From Gammaproteobacteria bacterium (lineage in GTDB: Bacteria; Pseudomonadota; Gammaproteobacteria; Natronospirales; REEB76): 43,862 nt of DNA. Positions 20,650-29,673 of the stretch are shown here, one piece after another. Numbering within the stretch: the first letter of the stretch is position 1; every line of letters starts with the position of its first letter. The notes under the pieces were generated by a model. The model did not search any database. It was not told the origin of the DNA and worked only from the letters and a program-made list of their open reading frames with translations. The stretch is taken from the NCBI GenBank assembly GCA_018971365.1, contig JAGXAZ010000001.1:1-43862 (forward strand). Direction: 5' to 3'. The position numbers were made by a program, and so were the translations under genes.

Positions 20650-21087
20650 TTAAGACTTGTTGCCCGGGCTTGTCGGACTGAGCTTTCCGCTCTGGAGTGC
20701 CAGCATCTGCTGCACCCGGTCGATTTGCAGCCTCAGGCTCCGGTAAGCGTTGTCATCCAAGGCGCCGTATCCCGCCAGTTTGGAGCGTGTGAGTTCCTGC
20801 AACTCCACCCCGGCGAATTCCAGGTGCGAGGCAATGCTCCAGCGCACGGACAGCGGCTGCTCGCACTGGTGCAGATTGAAATCGTTGCTCATGGCGAGTA
20901 TTTCGGCGCGCAAGGTCCCGATAAAGGCGTGCAGACCGGTGCGCTCGGCGGGCGCAAGATCCGCGCGCAGCGGGTGGAACAGCGGCGTTTTTTCCTGCAG
21001 CAGAAGCTCGATGATTTCCAGATGATGGTTGATTTCCGAAAGCACGCTCAGCAGGTAGCGCTTCTGACTGTTGTTGAATTCGCCCAT
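20650..21087 (-). CDS. Hypothetical protein, probably the third gene of the crcB operon
   Basis: 145-aa ORF, predicted to be helical, with no family I recognise. It is on the same strand as the DUF190 gene and 31 nt downstream of it. Its coding potential is inferred from length and GC3 bias only. Confidence 0.5.
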   Translation of the reverse strand: MGEFNNSQKRYLLSVLSEINHHLEIIELLLQEKTPLFHPLRADLAPAERTGLHAFIGTLRAEILAMSNDFNLHQCEQPLSVRWSIASHLEFAGVELQELTRSKLAGYGALDDNAYRSLRLQIDRVQQMLALQSGKLSPTSPGNKS

Positions 21088-21118
21088 GGCCTGGATATGT
21101 TGCTTGCCGCAGGTCCCA

Positions 21119-21451
21119 TCAGATGACGCGACACTTTACCGGCCAGGAAATCAGGTGCCCGGATGGAATCAAGCCGCCCAGTGCCGCCAGCGCCCGTTCC
21201 ACCGTTTCCGGTGTGTCGAAAAACTCGACCACCAGTGGCAGTTTCACTGTCAGCCGCAGCAGATCCGCCGAGTGCACCTCGCCTTTGGAGCCGAATCCCG
21301 CGATACCGCGGAATACGGTGACACCGTGAACGCGGTGCTGATCGTGCAGGACCTTCATGATTTCGCTCAGCAGATTGTGCTTGCCGACATGATCGGCCTC
21401 GCTCAGGTAAATGCGTACCAGTAACATGTCTTTGTCCATGGTCAACTTCAC
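21119..21451 (-). CDS. DUF190 domain protein (CrcB-associated)
   Basis: LLVRIYLSEADHVGKHNLLSEIMKVLHDQHRVHGVTVFRGIAGFGSKGEVHSADLLRLTVKLPLVVEFFDT matches the DUF190 pattern. It lies 3 nt downstream of crcB. Confidence 0.85.
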   Translation of the reverse strand: MKLTMDKDMLLVRIYLSEADHVGKHNLLSEIMKVLHDQHRVHGVTVFRGIAGFGSKGEVHSADLLRLTVKLPLVVEFFDTPETVERALAALGGLIPSGHLISWPVKCRVI

Positions 21452-21454
21452 TCG

Positions 21455-21841
21455 TCAGAGTTTGCGCGCAATATAGGCACCCAGAAATGCAGCCGTCAGT
21501 CCGAGGAGCACCGACAGAAATAAATAGAGCAGAGCCTTTCCCGTCTCACGGTCTTCGAGTAGCAACAGTGACTCCATGGCGAAGGTCGAAAAGGTCGTGA
21601 ATCCGCCCAAGCCACCGGTGAGGATCGCGGTACGCATCACCGGGCTGACGCGCAGGCGCTCCAGGGTCGCGAAGAACAGGAACCCCATGAGCAGGCAGCC
21701 GAGCACGTTGATGATGAGCGTCGCCAGCGGAAAGTCGCGTCCGTATACTGCGTGTACTGCTTGGCTTACGCCCAACCGCGCGCAACAACCGATCGCGCCG
21801 CCCACCGCCACCGCTAGGTAGGTCCACATCACCGAACCCAT
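21455..21841 (-). CDS. crcB: Fluoride ion channel CrcB (Fluc)
   Basis: 128 aa with 4 TM segments, GGAIGCCARLG...TLIINVLGCLLMGF...GGLGGFTTFSTF, which are CrcB hallmarks. A fluoride riboswitch lies upstream. Confidence 0.93.
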   Translation of the reverse strand: MGSVMWTYLAVAVGGAIGCCARLGVSQAVHAVYGRDFPLATLIINVLGCLLMGFLFFATLERLRVSPVMRTAILTGGLGGFTTFSTFAMESLLLLEDRETGKALLYLFLSVLLGLTAAFLGAYIARKL

Positions 21842-21930
21842 GTCGCAGACGCCGGGCTACGGCAGTGCTGAGCGGATGCCGGGCCGCGAACATTACTTGC
21901 TGGATTGAGCCATGTCTTGTGGCGGGCCAT

Positions 21931-21970
21931 AAAAAAACTCCTCTGAACTCGTTGCGGGTCCAGTAGGAGT
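21931..21970 (-). terminator. Intrinsic terminator forming the expression platform of the fluoride riboswitch
   Basis: The minus strand reads ACTCCTaCTG-(15-nt loop)-CAGAGGAGT followed by TTTTTTT. The 5' arm (ACUCCU) is the same sequence that forms the aptamer pseudoknot. Confidence 0.8.
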
Positions 21971-22010
21971 CATTAGCCTTTGAAGGCGATTGTGGGCGAA
22001 CTCCATCGCC
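21962..22010 (-). promoter_or_regulatory. Fluoride riboswitch aptamer (crcB RNA motif)
   Basis: The minus strand reads GGCGATGGAGTTCGCCCACAATCGCCTTCAAAGGCTAATGACTCCTAC. It matches the crcB-motif consensus: P1 GGCGA/UCGCC, P3 GCC/GGC, an invariant CUAAUGA, and a pseudoknot GGAG/CUCC that covaries relative to the GGUG/CACC of the Thermotoga aptamer. Confidence 0.9.
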
Positions 22011-22023
22011 GCGCTTGTGCGAA

Positions 22024-22052
22024 AGTAAAGCATGACGCTGTCACGCCGTCAA
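22024..22052 (-). promoter_or_regulatory. Putative sigma-70 promoter of the riboswitch-crcB operon
   Basis: The minus strand reads TTGACG-17 nt-TTTACT, ending about 13 nt before the first G of the aptamer. Confidence 0.4.
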
Positions 22053-22128
22053 CCGGCCGTGACGTTACCAATTAGGGATTGCGCATCGCCGCTTGGCCGA
22101 TACCGCCGCCCGCCCGCGGCGCGTGGCT

Positions 22129-23421
22129 TCAGCGTTCCAGAATCGCGGTCACGCCCATGCCACCGCCGGTGCAGATGGAGATGAGTCCCCGGCCCTTGCC
22201 TTTCTGGGCGAGCAGTTTTGCGAGTCCTGCGATGATGCGCCCGCCGGTGGCGCCGAAGGGGTGGCCGAGCGCCACGCTGCCGCCCTTGATGTTGAGCTTG
22301 CTGCGGTCAATGGAGCCCAAGGGCTCCTTGCGACCGAGGCGCGTGCGACAGTACTCCGCGGATTCCCAGGCCCTGAGCGTGCACAGCACTTGCGCGGCGA
22401 AGGCTTCGTGGATTTCGTAGAAATCGAAGTCCTGCAGTTTCAGGCCGGCGCCATCCAACATCTTCGGTACCGCGTAGGTGGGTGCCATCAGCAAACCCTC
22501 GCGGTAGGGGCTCGTCATGCCGGCGAAGTCCACGCCTGCCACGGCGAAATGCGTGAGGTAGGCCTGTACCGGATAACCATGAGCCTTGGCCCACTCTTCT
22601 GAAGCCAGCAACACCGCCGAAGCGCCGTCGGTGAGCGGCGTGGAGTTGCCGGCGGTGAGCGTGCCGTTACCGGTCTTGTCGAAGGCCGGTTTCAATTTGG
22701 CGAGTTTTTCCAGCGTAGTGTCAGGCCGCACATTGTTGTCGTGGTCTATACCGTTGAACGGCGCAACCAGATCTTTATAAAAGCCTTCCTTCCACGCCGA
22801 CGCGGCCTTCATATGGCTGGAATAGGCCAGCTCGTCCTGTTCTTTTTGGGTAAGTTTCCATTCCTTGGCCATGAGTTCGCAGTGCTGCCCCATGCTCAAA
22901 TGGGTTCGGGCTTCGGTGACCGCCGGAAAGTGGGGCTTTAGGTCACTCAGCCGCCAGCGCGCCATGATTTTCAGACGCTGACCCAAGGTCCTGGCGCGGT
23001 TCAGGTCGAGCAACAACTGCTGATAATGACGGCCGAAGACGATGGGCACATCGCTTGCCGAATCCACACCCGCAGCGATGGCCGAATCGAGTTCGCCCAC
23101 GGCGATGCGCGTGCCGAGCTCCACGGCGGTCGAGAGCGAAGTGCCGCAGGCGCGGTCCAGGTTGTGGCCGGGGGTATGCGGATGCAGGCCGCTCGACAGC
23201 ACGGCCTCACGCGTCAGGCTCCAGTCGCGCGCGTGTTTCATTACCGCGCCTGCCGCCACGTCGCCGAGGGTCTCGCCCTTGAGGCGGTACTTGTCCACCA
23301 GCGCCTTGAGCGCGGCGCTCAGCATTTCCTGGTTGCCGAGCCGCATGTAATTGGTGTTGATGCGGCAAAACGGAATGCGCATTCCGCCGAGGATGGCGAT
23401 CGGACGCGGGAGTTTGATCAT
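22129..23421 (-). CDS. Acetyl-CoA C-acyltransferase (FadI-like thiolase)
   Basis: About 430 aa, with active-site regions RACGTSL..., NSTPLTDGASAV and GGSVALGHPFGATGGR...CTGGGMG. The insertion LNRARTLGQRLKIMARWRLSDLKP resembles the FadI subfamily. ATG 23421 has an AAGGAG RBS. Confidence 0.85.
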   Translation of the reverse strand: MIKLPRPIAILGGMRIPFCRINTNYMRLGNQEMLSAALKALVDKYRLKGETLGDVAAGAVMKHARDWSLTREAVLSSGLHPHTPGHNLDRACGTSLSTAVELGTRIAVGELDSAIAAGVDSASDVPIVFGRHYQQLLLDLNRARTLGQRLKIMARWRLSDLKPHFPAVTEARTHLSMGQHCELMAKEWKLTQKEQDELAYSSHMKAASAWKEGFYKDLVAPFNGIDHDNNVRPDTTLEKLAKLKPAFDKTGNGTLTAGNSTPLTDGASAVLLASEEWAKAHGYPVQAYLTHFAVAGVDFAGMTSPYREGLLMAPTYAVPKMLDGAGLKLQDFDFYEIHEAFAAQVLCTLRAWESAEYCRTRLGRKEPLGSIDRSKLNIKGGSVALGHPFGATGGRIIAGLAKLLAQKGKGRGLISICTGGGMGVTAILER

Positions 23422-23522
23422 GACATGCTCCTTGACTTGGCAACGCACGCGCAGCGCAGTACGCGCCATGGCTGGATGCGGGGTGAGCTATGATGCCACA
23501 GCGGCGCTCCGCAGGCGCCGTT

Positions 23523-24764
23523 TCAGTGAACCCTGCTCACCCGGTAGAGCACCACGCCGTGCGCCGGAATCTCGGCGGTAATCATCAATCGGGTTTCGGA
23601 AACCTGTTTGTTCCACAGGTTCTTCAAGCGGTAGTGGCCGGCTGGCAGTCCGATGGCCATGACATTCACGCTGATGTTCTTGGCACGTTCGCTCTTGTTG
23701 AACAGTGCCACAGCGTGATCACCATTCGCCAGCGGCCGCGACAGAATATCCACGTGACCAATCTGTTTCACGACCGAGGCTTGGCGGCCGAGCGGATCCT
23801 GGTCAATCGCGATGACATCTTTGTTGGAAAGTATCTTGAGCGCGGCGGGTGAGAGTTTGGCGACGTCGGTGCTGATTAGCAGCGGTGAAGCCATTTCTGC
23901 CCACAGGCTGAATTGGGATTGCTGTTCGGTGAGCGTCATGCCGGGGTTGCCGACTTCCAGCATGTCAGCGTCGTTCCAGCCGCCGGGAAACGCGTACCTG
24001 GCGAGCCCCGCGTTGCCTTCATAGTTCGCGAGCACGCTTGTCCAGGCATCGTAAATATCGTCATCGGTGCGCCACAGATTGCACACCGAACCGATCCAGC
24101 TCATGACTTCAGCGAATTTCTTGGGCTGGCCGAAGACATAGGCCGGCGGCGAACAACTGAACACCATGTTGCGCCCCGAAGCGCGCAATTCGTCGTTGAC
24201 CCGGGTGTAAACAATCCGTGCCACCTGTGAAAAACTCTTGCCAGGATATTTGTCAGCCGGCGGATAACAGTAATCCAGCTTGAGGTAATCCACGCCCCAG
24301 GAAGCAAAGGTGCGCACGTCCTGCTCGATATGGCCGTACATGCCCGGCGCCTTCTGGCAGGTCATGTAGCCCGCATCTTCGTAAATGCCGAATTTCAAAC
24401 CCTTGGAGTGAATGTAATCGCCCAGCCACTGCATGCCGTGCGGAAACAGTTTCGGATTCGCCACCAGATTGCCGGCTTTGTCACGCTGCATTTCCATCCA
24501 GCAGTCGTCAATGTTCACATAGCGGTAACCGAGTTGGGCAAGGCCGGTTGAAACCAGCGCATTGGCGGTGTTCACGAATAACTGCTCGTTGAGTTTGCAT
24601 TCGTAGTGCGCCCAGTTGTTGAAGCCCATCGGCGGCGTCAATGCCAAGCCGTTATAGGATTATTGCGCTTGCCGTGCGGCGGCGGCGACAGCCGTGCCCG
24701 TGACACACACTGCGGCGATAAGGCAGACGCCAAAGTGAAACACAACGCGGCTTAGCCGCAGCAT
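23523..24764 (-). pseudogene. GH27 alpha-galactosidase interrupted by an in-frame TAA after the signal peptide
   Basis: The catalytic body LALTPPMGFNNWAHYEC...YVNIDDCW...LKLDYC...GGWNDADMLEVG is GH27-like. Upstream and in the same frame, ATG 24764 encodes MLRLSRVVFHFGVCLIAAVCVTGTAVAAAARQAQ, then TAA (24660-24662), then SYNGLALTPPMGF. Confidence 0.8.
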
Positions 24765-24904
24765 GGCTTGCTCCTTCGGAATGGATTGCAGCGCAGTGTC
24801 ACGCCGCTACCGCAAACGGTCAATGTCCTGCATGCCAAAGCCGCTGTTTCTGCCTGATATGATGCATGCCTTTTTCGTTATTGATTGCACTGCACGCTTG
24901 CGTC

Positions 24905-26308
24905 ATGTCCGAAACTTCGCTTTCCACAGCGCCGATCAACAGCCATCGCGTCTCGCGCTGGCCGATACTGCGCGCGGAAGCGCTGTCGACGCTGACGCTT
25001 GCCGGACCGCTGATCGTGCACAATCTGGCGTTGGTGGGCATGGCGCTTACCGATACCATCATGTCGGGGCTCTTGGGCGCACCCACGCTCGCCGCGGTGG
25101 CGGTAGGCGCGAACGTCTGGGCACCGGTATTTCTGTTCGCGCTCGGCGTGATCATGGCGCAGTCGCCCACCACCGCACATCTGTACGGCGCCGGCAAGCC
25201 GCGCGACATCGGCCATTACGCGCGCCAAATGCTGTGGCTGTCCCAAGTGCTAGGCTGGGGTGGCTTCTTCCTGTTGCGGCATCTGGCGCCATTCATGCGC
25301 GCTATCCACATCGAGCCCGCGATCATTCCCAATGCCACGGCGTATCTCAAGGCACTCGCCTGGGGATTGCCGGGCCTGTGCCTGTATCAGGCGCTGCGTT
25401 TCACCAGCGAAGGTATCGGTCACACCCGGCCGATGCTCGTCATCGCGCTCGGTGCGCTCGCAGTCAATGGCGTGCTCGATTACGTACTCATGTACGGCAA
25501 GCTGGGATTGCCGGCATTCGGCGCTGCCGGCTGCGGCTACGCCACCGCCATCACCCAGTGGCTCATGTTTCTCGCCTTGCTGTTTTATGTGCGCCGCCGC
25601 GCGTTGTATCAGCCGCTCGCTATCTTTGCGCGCTTCGAGTGGCCGCAGTGGGTGCCGCAGCGTGAACTGCTATGGCTGGGCGTGCCCATTGCCATCGGCA
25701 TTTTCATGGAGTCCTCGCTGTTTGCGGGTGTGGGCCTGATGATGGGCACGCTCGGCACCGACATTGTGGCGGCCCACCAGATCGCGCTCAACTACGCCTC
25801 CTTCGTGTTCATGGTGCCCATGAGCATCGCGCTCGCGATTTCGGTGCGCGTCGGCCAGGCGCTCGGCCGCGGCGATGCACGCGGCGCGCGTCTCGCGGGC
25901 TTCGCCGGCATCGGCCTGTGCCTGTGCTTCGAGCTGTTGTCGGCCTTGAGCATGCTGCTGCTGCCGCATTACATCGTGGAGATCTATACGCGCGATGCCA
26001 ACGTGGCGCGCATCGCCGTGAGCCTGTTGTACATCGGCGCCATTTTCCAGTTGTCCGACGGGCTGCAGACCAGCGCCGCGGGGGCGCTGCGCGGCTACAA
26101 GGACACGCGCGTGCCCATGCTCATCACCATCGTGGCTTACTGGCTGGTGGGGTTCCCGCTCGCCTGGGCTTTCGGAATTCCGCTGCATCTCGGTCCGCAG
26201 ATGATCTGGGCGGGTTTCATCGCGGGGCTCACCGTGGCCGCGATCCTGCTGCTGGCGCGCTACCTGCGTCTCAGCCGCGCGCCACTGCGGGCGCCGGCCT
26301 CAGCTTGA
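24905..26308 (+). CDS. MATE family multidrug efflux transporter (NorM-like)
   Basis: 12-TM protein with LAGPLIVHNLALVGMALTDTIMSG...ALRGYKDTRVPMLITIVAYWLVGFP, typical MATE motifs. Confidence 0.88.
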   Translation: MSETSLSTAPINSHRVSRWPILRAEALSTLTLAGPLIVHNLALVGMALTDTIMSGLLGAPTLAAVAVGANVWAPVFLFALGVIMAQSPTTAHLYGAGKPRDIGHYARQMLWLSQVLGWGGFFLLRHLAPFMRAIHIEPAIIPNATAYLKALAWGLPGLCLYQALRFTSEGIGHTRPMLVIALGALAVNGVLDYVLMYGKLGLPAFGAAGCGYATAITQWLMFLALLFYVRRRALYQPLAIFARFEWPQWVPQRELLWLGVPIAIGIFMESSLFAGVGLMMGTLGTDIVAAHQIALNYASFVFMVPMSIALAISVRVGQALGRGDARGARLAGFAGIGLCLCFELLSALSMLLLPHYIVEIYTRDANVARIAVSLLYIGAIFQLSDGLQTSAAGALRGYKDTRVPMLITIVAYWLVGFPLAWAFGIPLHLGPQMIWAGFIAGLTVAAILLLARYLRLSRAPLRAPASA

Positions 26309-27130
26309 GCCTGCGGGTTTCAAGCCGGTGACAATCGGCACCTGCCATACGGCGTAGCCCAGAGGATCGCGGATACACGCCACCATCTGGTCAAAGCCCG
26401 CCCGCGCGTCCGCTGGACTCATGCCGGCCATTTCCGCGACCGTGGCAGCATAGCCGTCGGCCCAGGATTTAAAAATCCGCACCAGGATATCGCGGGACAC
26501 GCGCAACGTGTCCACGATGATGTAGTGAACGGCCAGATTGCGGATGCCGCGGCGGTGCAGTTCGGACCAGGTGCGCCGGCCGATGCGTGGGTCCACGTGC
26601 ATGGCGCCGGCGAAGCCGGCCATGGCCAGATCCCAGAAAGCATCCAGATCGAGGTGCGTGGGATACGCGTGGATCATGCCGTAGTCTTCCGCCAGCAAAT
26701 GCAAACGCCCGCCAGGACGGGTGACGCGGATCAACTCGGCAATAACGCGCTCGGGTTCCGGCACGGTCTGCAGCATGTGACGGCAGGCGACGAAATCGAA
26801 ACCGTTGTCGGGCAGCTCGAGCGCAAAGGCATCGCCTTGGTGAAACTCGAGCCGCGGCGCAAACCTTGCATGATGCCGGCGCGCGTACTCGACCTGTTGC
26901 GGCAGCACGTCAATGCCGAGTATCCGGGTGTGTGGGAGAAGTTCGGCACAGCGCCAGGTGAATTCGCCGGTGCCACAGCCGGCATCCAGGATTTTGGCGT
27001 CGGCCGGCAGTCCATAGGCGATGATAAGTTCGCGCTCCTGCGGCCAGATGGCCTCGGTCTGGGCGGCAAGTGTACGCACCATGGATTCGTCCGCCATGTG
27101 CTGTTTTTGCGGATTGCGGTCGGCGGTCAT
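26300..27130 (-). CDS. Class I SAM-dependent methyltransferase
   Basis: Motif I ILDAGCGTGEF and a post-I acidic residue GIDV within a 276-aa ORF. Its 3' end overlaps the convergent MATE gene by 9 nt. Confidence 0.8.
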   Translation of the reverse strand: MTADRNPQKQHMADESMVRTLAAQTEAIWPQERELIIAYGLPADAKILDAGCGTGEFTWRCAELLPHTRILGIDVLPQQVEYARRHHARFAPRLEFHQGDAFALELPDNGFDFVACRHMLQTVPEPERVIAELIRVTRPGGRLHLLAEDYGMIHAYPTHLDLDAFWDLAMAGFAGAMHVDPRIGRRTWSELHRRGIRNLAVHYIIVDTLRVSRDILVRIFKSWADGYAATVAEMAGMSPADARAGFDQMVACIRDPLGYAVWQVPIVTGLKPAGSS

Positions 27131-27217
27131 GTTGTAAGGCAGCGGGTTGATTGCAGCTGGGGGGTGATTGGGGGAGTGGCCGACGGACTATCGGTCCGCA
27201 CCACGAGAATATTAAAT

Positions 27218-27242
27218 TCGCGGCGAATATCGCCGCTCCCAC
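27218..27242 (-). repeat. REP-like palindromic element, copy 1
   Basis: TCGCGGCGAATATCGCCGCTCCCAC (reverse complement GTGGGAGCGGCGATATTCGCCGCGA) is identical to the copy at 35054-35079. It contains the internal palindrome GCGGCGA-ATA-TCGCCGC and is intergenic. Confidence 0.8.
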
Positions 27243-27351
27243 CGTATCTCGCGCCCGCCGTCAGGGCGCCGATGGTAAGGCCTGCGCTTGCATGTCGCCA
27301 AGCCCTTCGTTAGCCTCACGCATCTTTTGCCTCCGCAACCAGGAGCATCCC

Positions 27352-28926
27352 GTGGCCCAGGGCAAACTGCGCAAAGACGCGGGCGTCATCGGCCTGCTGT
27401 TCGTGGGCGTGAGCACCATGATCGGCTCGGGCTGGCTGTTCGGCCCGATGCATGCGGCCAAGGACGCCGGCCCGCTGAGCATCGGTTCCTGGGCGATTGC
27501 GGCGGTGGCGGTCGGCCTGATCGCGCTGGTGTACGCGGAACTCGGGCCGATGTTCACCAAGAGCGGCGGCCTCATGTACATGAGCGTCATCACCCATGGC
27601 CGGATGGTGGGGCGCATCTGGAGCTGGATTCTGTTCATGGCGTACGTCTCGATTGCGCCGGTCGAGGCCATGGCCGTGGTCACCTACGCCAACAATTACC
27701 TGCCCGGCCTGGTGCATCCCGCGAGCGCGCTGCTGACGCCCGTCGGCGTGATCGTGTCCATCGGCATTCTGGGCGTGCTCACAATCCTGAATTTTTTGAT
27801 CCTGCGACTGATCCTGCTGCTCAACAGCATCGCCACCTGGATCAAGGTGTGCGCGCCCATCGGCACCATCATCGTGCTGCTGATTTACTCGCATCATCCG
27901 CACAATCTCACGGTCGCGGCGCACGCCAGCGGCAATGTTGCCAACATGCTGACCGCGATTTCCACCGCCGGCGTATTCTTTTCGCTGTTCGGCTTCAGCC
28001 AGGCGATCCAGCTTGCGGGCGAGACTGACAATCCGGCGCGCAATATTCCGATTTCGGTGATCGGCACCATCGTTATCGGCGGCATCATCTTTGTGCTGGT
28101 GCAGTTCGCGTTCGTCACCGCGGTGCCGCCGGCGTTGCTGGCAAAAGACGGTTGGGCGGGATTGAATTTCACCGGCGACGCCGGACCCATGGCGGGACTC
28201 GCCATGACGCTGGGCGCCTCGTTCTGGGCGCTGGCGCTGTACGCCGACGCCATCATCTCGCCGACCTTCTGCGGCTACATCTGGACCACGGCCACGGCGC
28301 GCATGCTTTTGGCCTCGGCTGATGAGAAATTCGCGGCACAGGGACTTCAGAAAATCAACCGTCACGGCGTCCCTTGGGTAGCCTTGATTGTCGGCTTTCT
28401 CATCGGCCTGTTGTTCTTTTTCCCGTTCCCCTCGTGGCAGAAACTCGTGGATTACGCCTCCTCCGCTACGGTGTTGAGTTACGGCTTGGGTTGTGTGGTG
28501 CTGTTGCAAATGCGCCGCGTGATGCCCGGCACGCACCGGCCGTTCCGGCTCTGGGGAGGCTGGATCATCACGCCGCTGGCGTTCATCGCATCCAACTTCA
28601 TATTGTTCTGGACCGGCTTTTTTACCGTGAGTTTTCTGTTTGCGATTCTGGTCGCCGGCCTGATTTTGTATCTCATATTCAACGGCGAGGAAGGTGCGCG
28701 CGATTGGCGCCATGCGCTCTGGCTGATTCCGTATTTCGGCGGCATGGAATTTCTGAGCTGGGTGGGACCAGCGTCCATGGGCGGCACGGGATTGCTCAAC
28801 ATCTACTGGGACATGCTGGCGATTGCTGTGCTAAGCCTCGTCATCTTGTACATCGCGCTCGGAAGCAGCGTGCCGGCCGCGCGTTCGCAGGAGTACTATG
28901 ACGGTCTGCTGAAAACCGAGACCTGA
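27352..28926 (+). CDS. APC family amino acid/polyamine permease
   Basis: The region from VAQGKLRKDAGVIGLLFVGVSTMIGSGWLFGP onward has about 12 TM segments. GTG 27352 is preceded by AGGAG at a 6-nt spacing. Confidence 0.85.
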   Translation: MAQGKLRKDAGVIGLLFVGVSTMIGSGWLFGPMHAAKDAGPLSIGSWAIAAVAVGLIALVYAELGPMFTKSGGLMYMSVITHGRMVGRIWSWILFMAYVSIAPVEAMAVVTYANNYLPGLVHPASALLTPVGVIVSIGILGVLTILNFLILRLILLLNSIATWIKVCAPIGTIIVLLIYSHHPHNLTVAAHASGNVANMLTAISTAGVFFSLFGFSQAIQLAGETDNPARNIPISVIGTIVIGGIIFVLVQFAFVTAVPPALLAKDGWAGLNFTGDAGPMAGLAMTLGASFWALALYADAIISPTFCGYIWTTATARMLLASADEKFAAQGLQKINRHGVPWVALIVGFLIGLLFFFPFPSWQKLVDYASSATVLSYGLGCVVLLQMRRVMPGTHRPFRLWGGWIITPLAFIASNFILFWTGFFTVSFLFAILVAGLILYLIFNGEEGARDWRHALWLIPYFGGMEFLSWVGPASMGGTGLLNIYWDMLAIAVLSLVILYIALGSSVPAARSQEYYDGLLKTET

Positions 28927-28953
28927 CGTGCCGAGCGTTCAGGCCGGGAGGCT

Positions 28954-29631
28954 GTGGTGAACACCGCTGCCGTTTCCATGCATGCCGGTTCCGGCCTGCA
29001 ACCCAATCCTGCTTACAGCCTTGGCGGCGCCGTGCTCGGCACCGCCTTGGTGTGTGCCGGCCTGCTTTGGGCATTCACACACTCGCAGCCGCTGAAAGTC
29101 GCGTCCGGAATTGTCGAGCTGCATCTCGCGACAGTTCCGGCGATGCCGTTACCGCATGTCGTCCGCACGGCTCCACACGGGATGCCGTTGCCCACGCGTC
29201 CAACCGTAATCCGACCGGCGCTGCCGAGGCCGGTACTTATTCCGGAAACCCGTTCGCTGCTCGCAGTGCCGGCGCCGGCACCTTTGGACCTGAGCTTGCC
29301 GGGATCGGGGGTTGCACCGCAGGCGGCATCGCCCTTTGTTCCGCAGGCATTCAATCCGTATTCGGACTTGTCGAAGGCACTGGCTGCGCCGCCGCCCGCG
29401 CCAACCATGCACAACGGTGATGCCTACCGCTCGGTGTACGGCTCCCCGGTGGTCAAGGCCGGCGGCCGGTGTCTGGCGCTGCAGACCATACAAGCGGGAC
29501 CGTCGCCTTCGGCACACACCACGGTGGGATTTGGTGTGCCCTGTCCCGGCGAATATCGGCCGAGTATGGCGGATGAATTGAAAGCCTGGGCCGAAAAGCG
29601 CGCCCGCCAACTCCACTTGCCGCCGGGCTGA
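28954..29631 (+). CDS. Hypothetical membrane-anchored proline-rich protein
   Basis: 225 aa with one TM segment (AVLGTALVCAGLLWAF), a Pro-rich linker and a small C-terminal domain. A GGGAGG RBS lies before GTG 28954. I do not recognise a family. Confidence 0.5.
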   Translation: MVNTAAVSMHAGSGLQPNPAYSLGGAVLGTALVCAGLLWAFTHSQPLKVASGIVELHLATVPAMPLPHVVRTAPHGMPLPTRPTVIRPALPRPVLIPETRSLLAVPAPAPLDLSLPGSGVAPQAASPFVPQAFNPYSDLSKALAAPPPAPTMHNGDAYRSVYGSPVVKAGGRCLALQTIQAGPSPSAHTTVGFGVPCPGEYRPSMADELKAWAEKRARQLHLPPG

Positions 29632-29673
29632 TCAGCCGCGTGCGTTGGGTTCCACAGCAGTCAGCGCCTTAGC

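Noticed and set aside
22041-22064. Short hairpin GTCACG-(12 nt)-CGTGAC downstream of the thiolase gene, as a possible terminator
   Set aside because: The stem is only 6 bp and no U-tract follows. It also overlaps the proposed -35 region of the riboswitch promoter, so the evidence is insufficient to call it a terminator.
26910-27242. ORFs starting MGAAIFAA (here and at 35078), which suggest a shared protein N-terminus
   Set aside because: The shared peptide is simply the translation of the REP element GTGGGAGCGGCGATATTCGCCGC. These are not real gene starts. The true yadH start is ATG 34985.
27316-28713. 465-aa minus-strand ORF
   Set aside because: It is antisense to the APC permease gene. 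Its low-complexity Arg/Asp/His/Gly composition marks it as a high-GC artefact.
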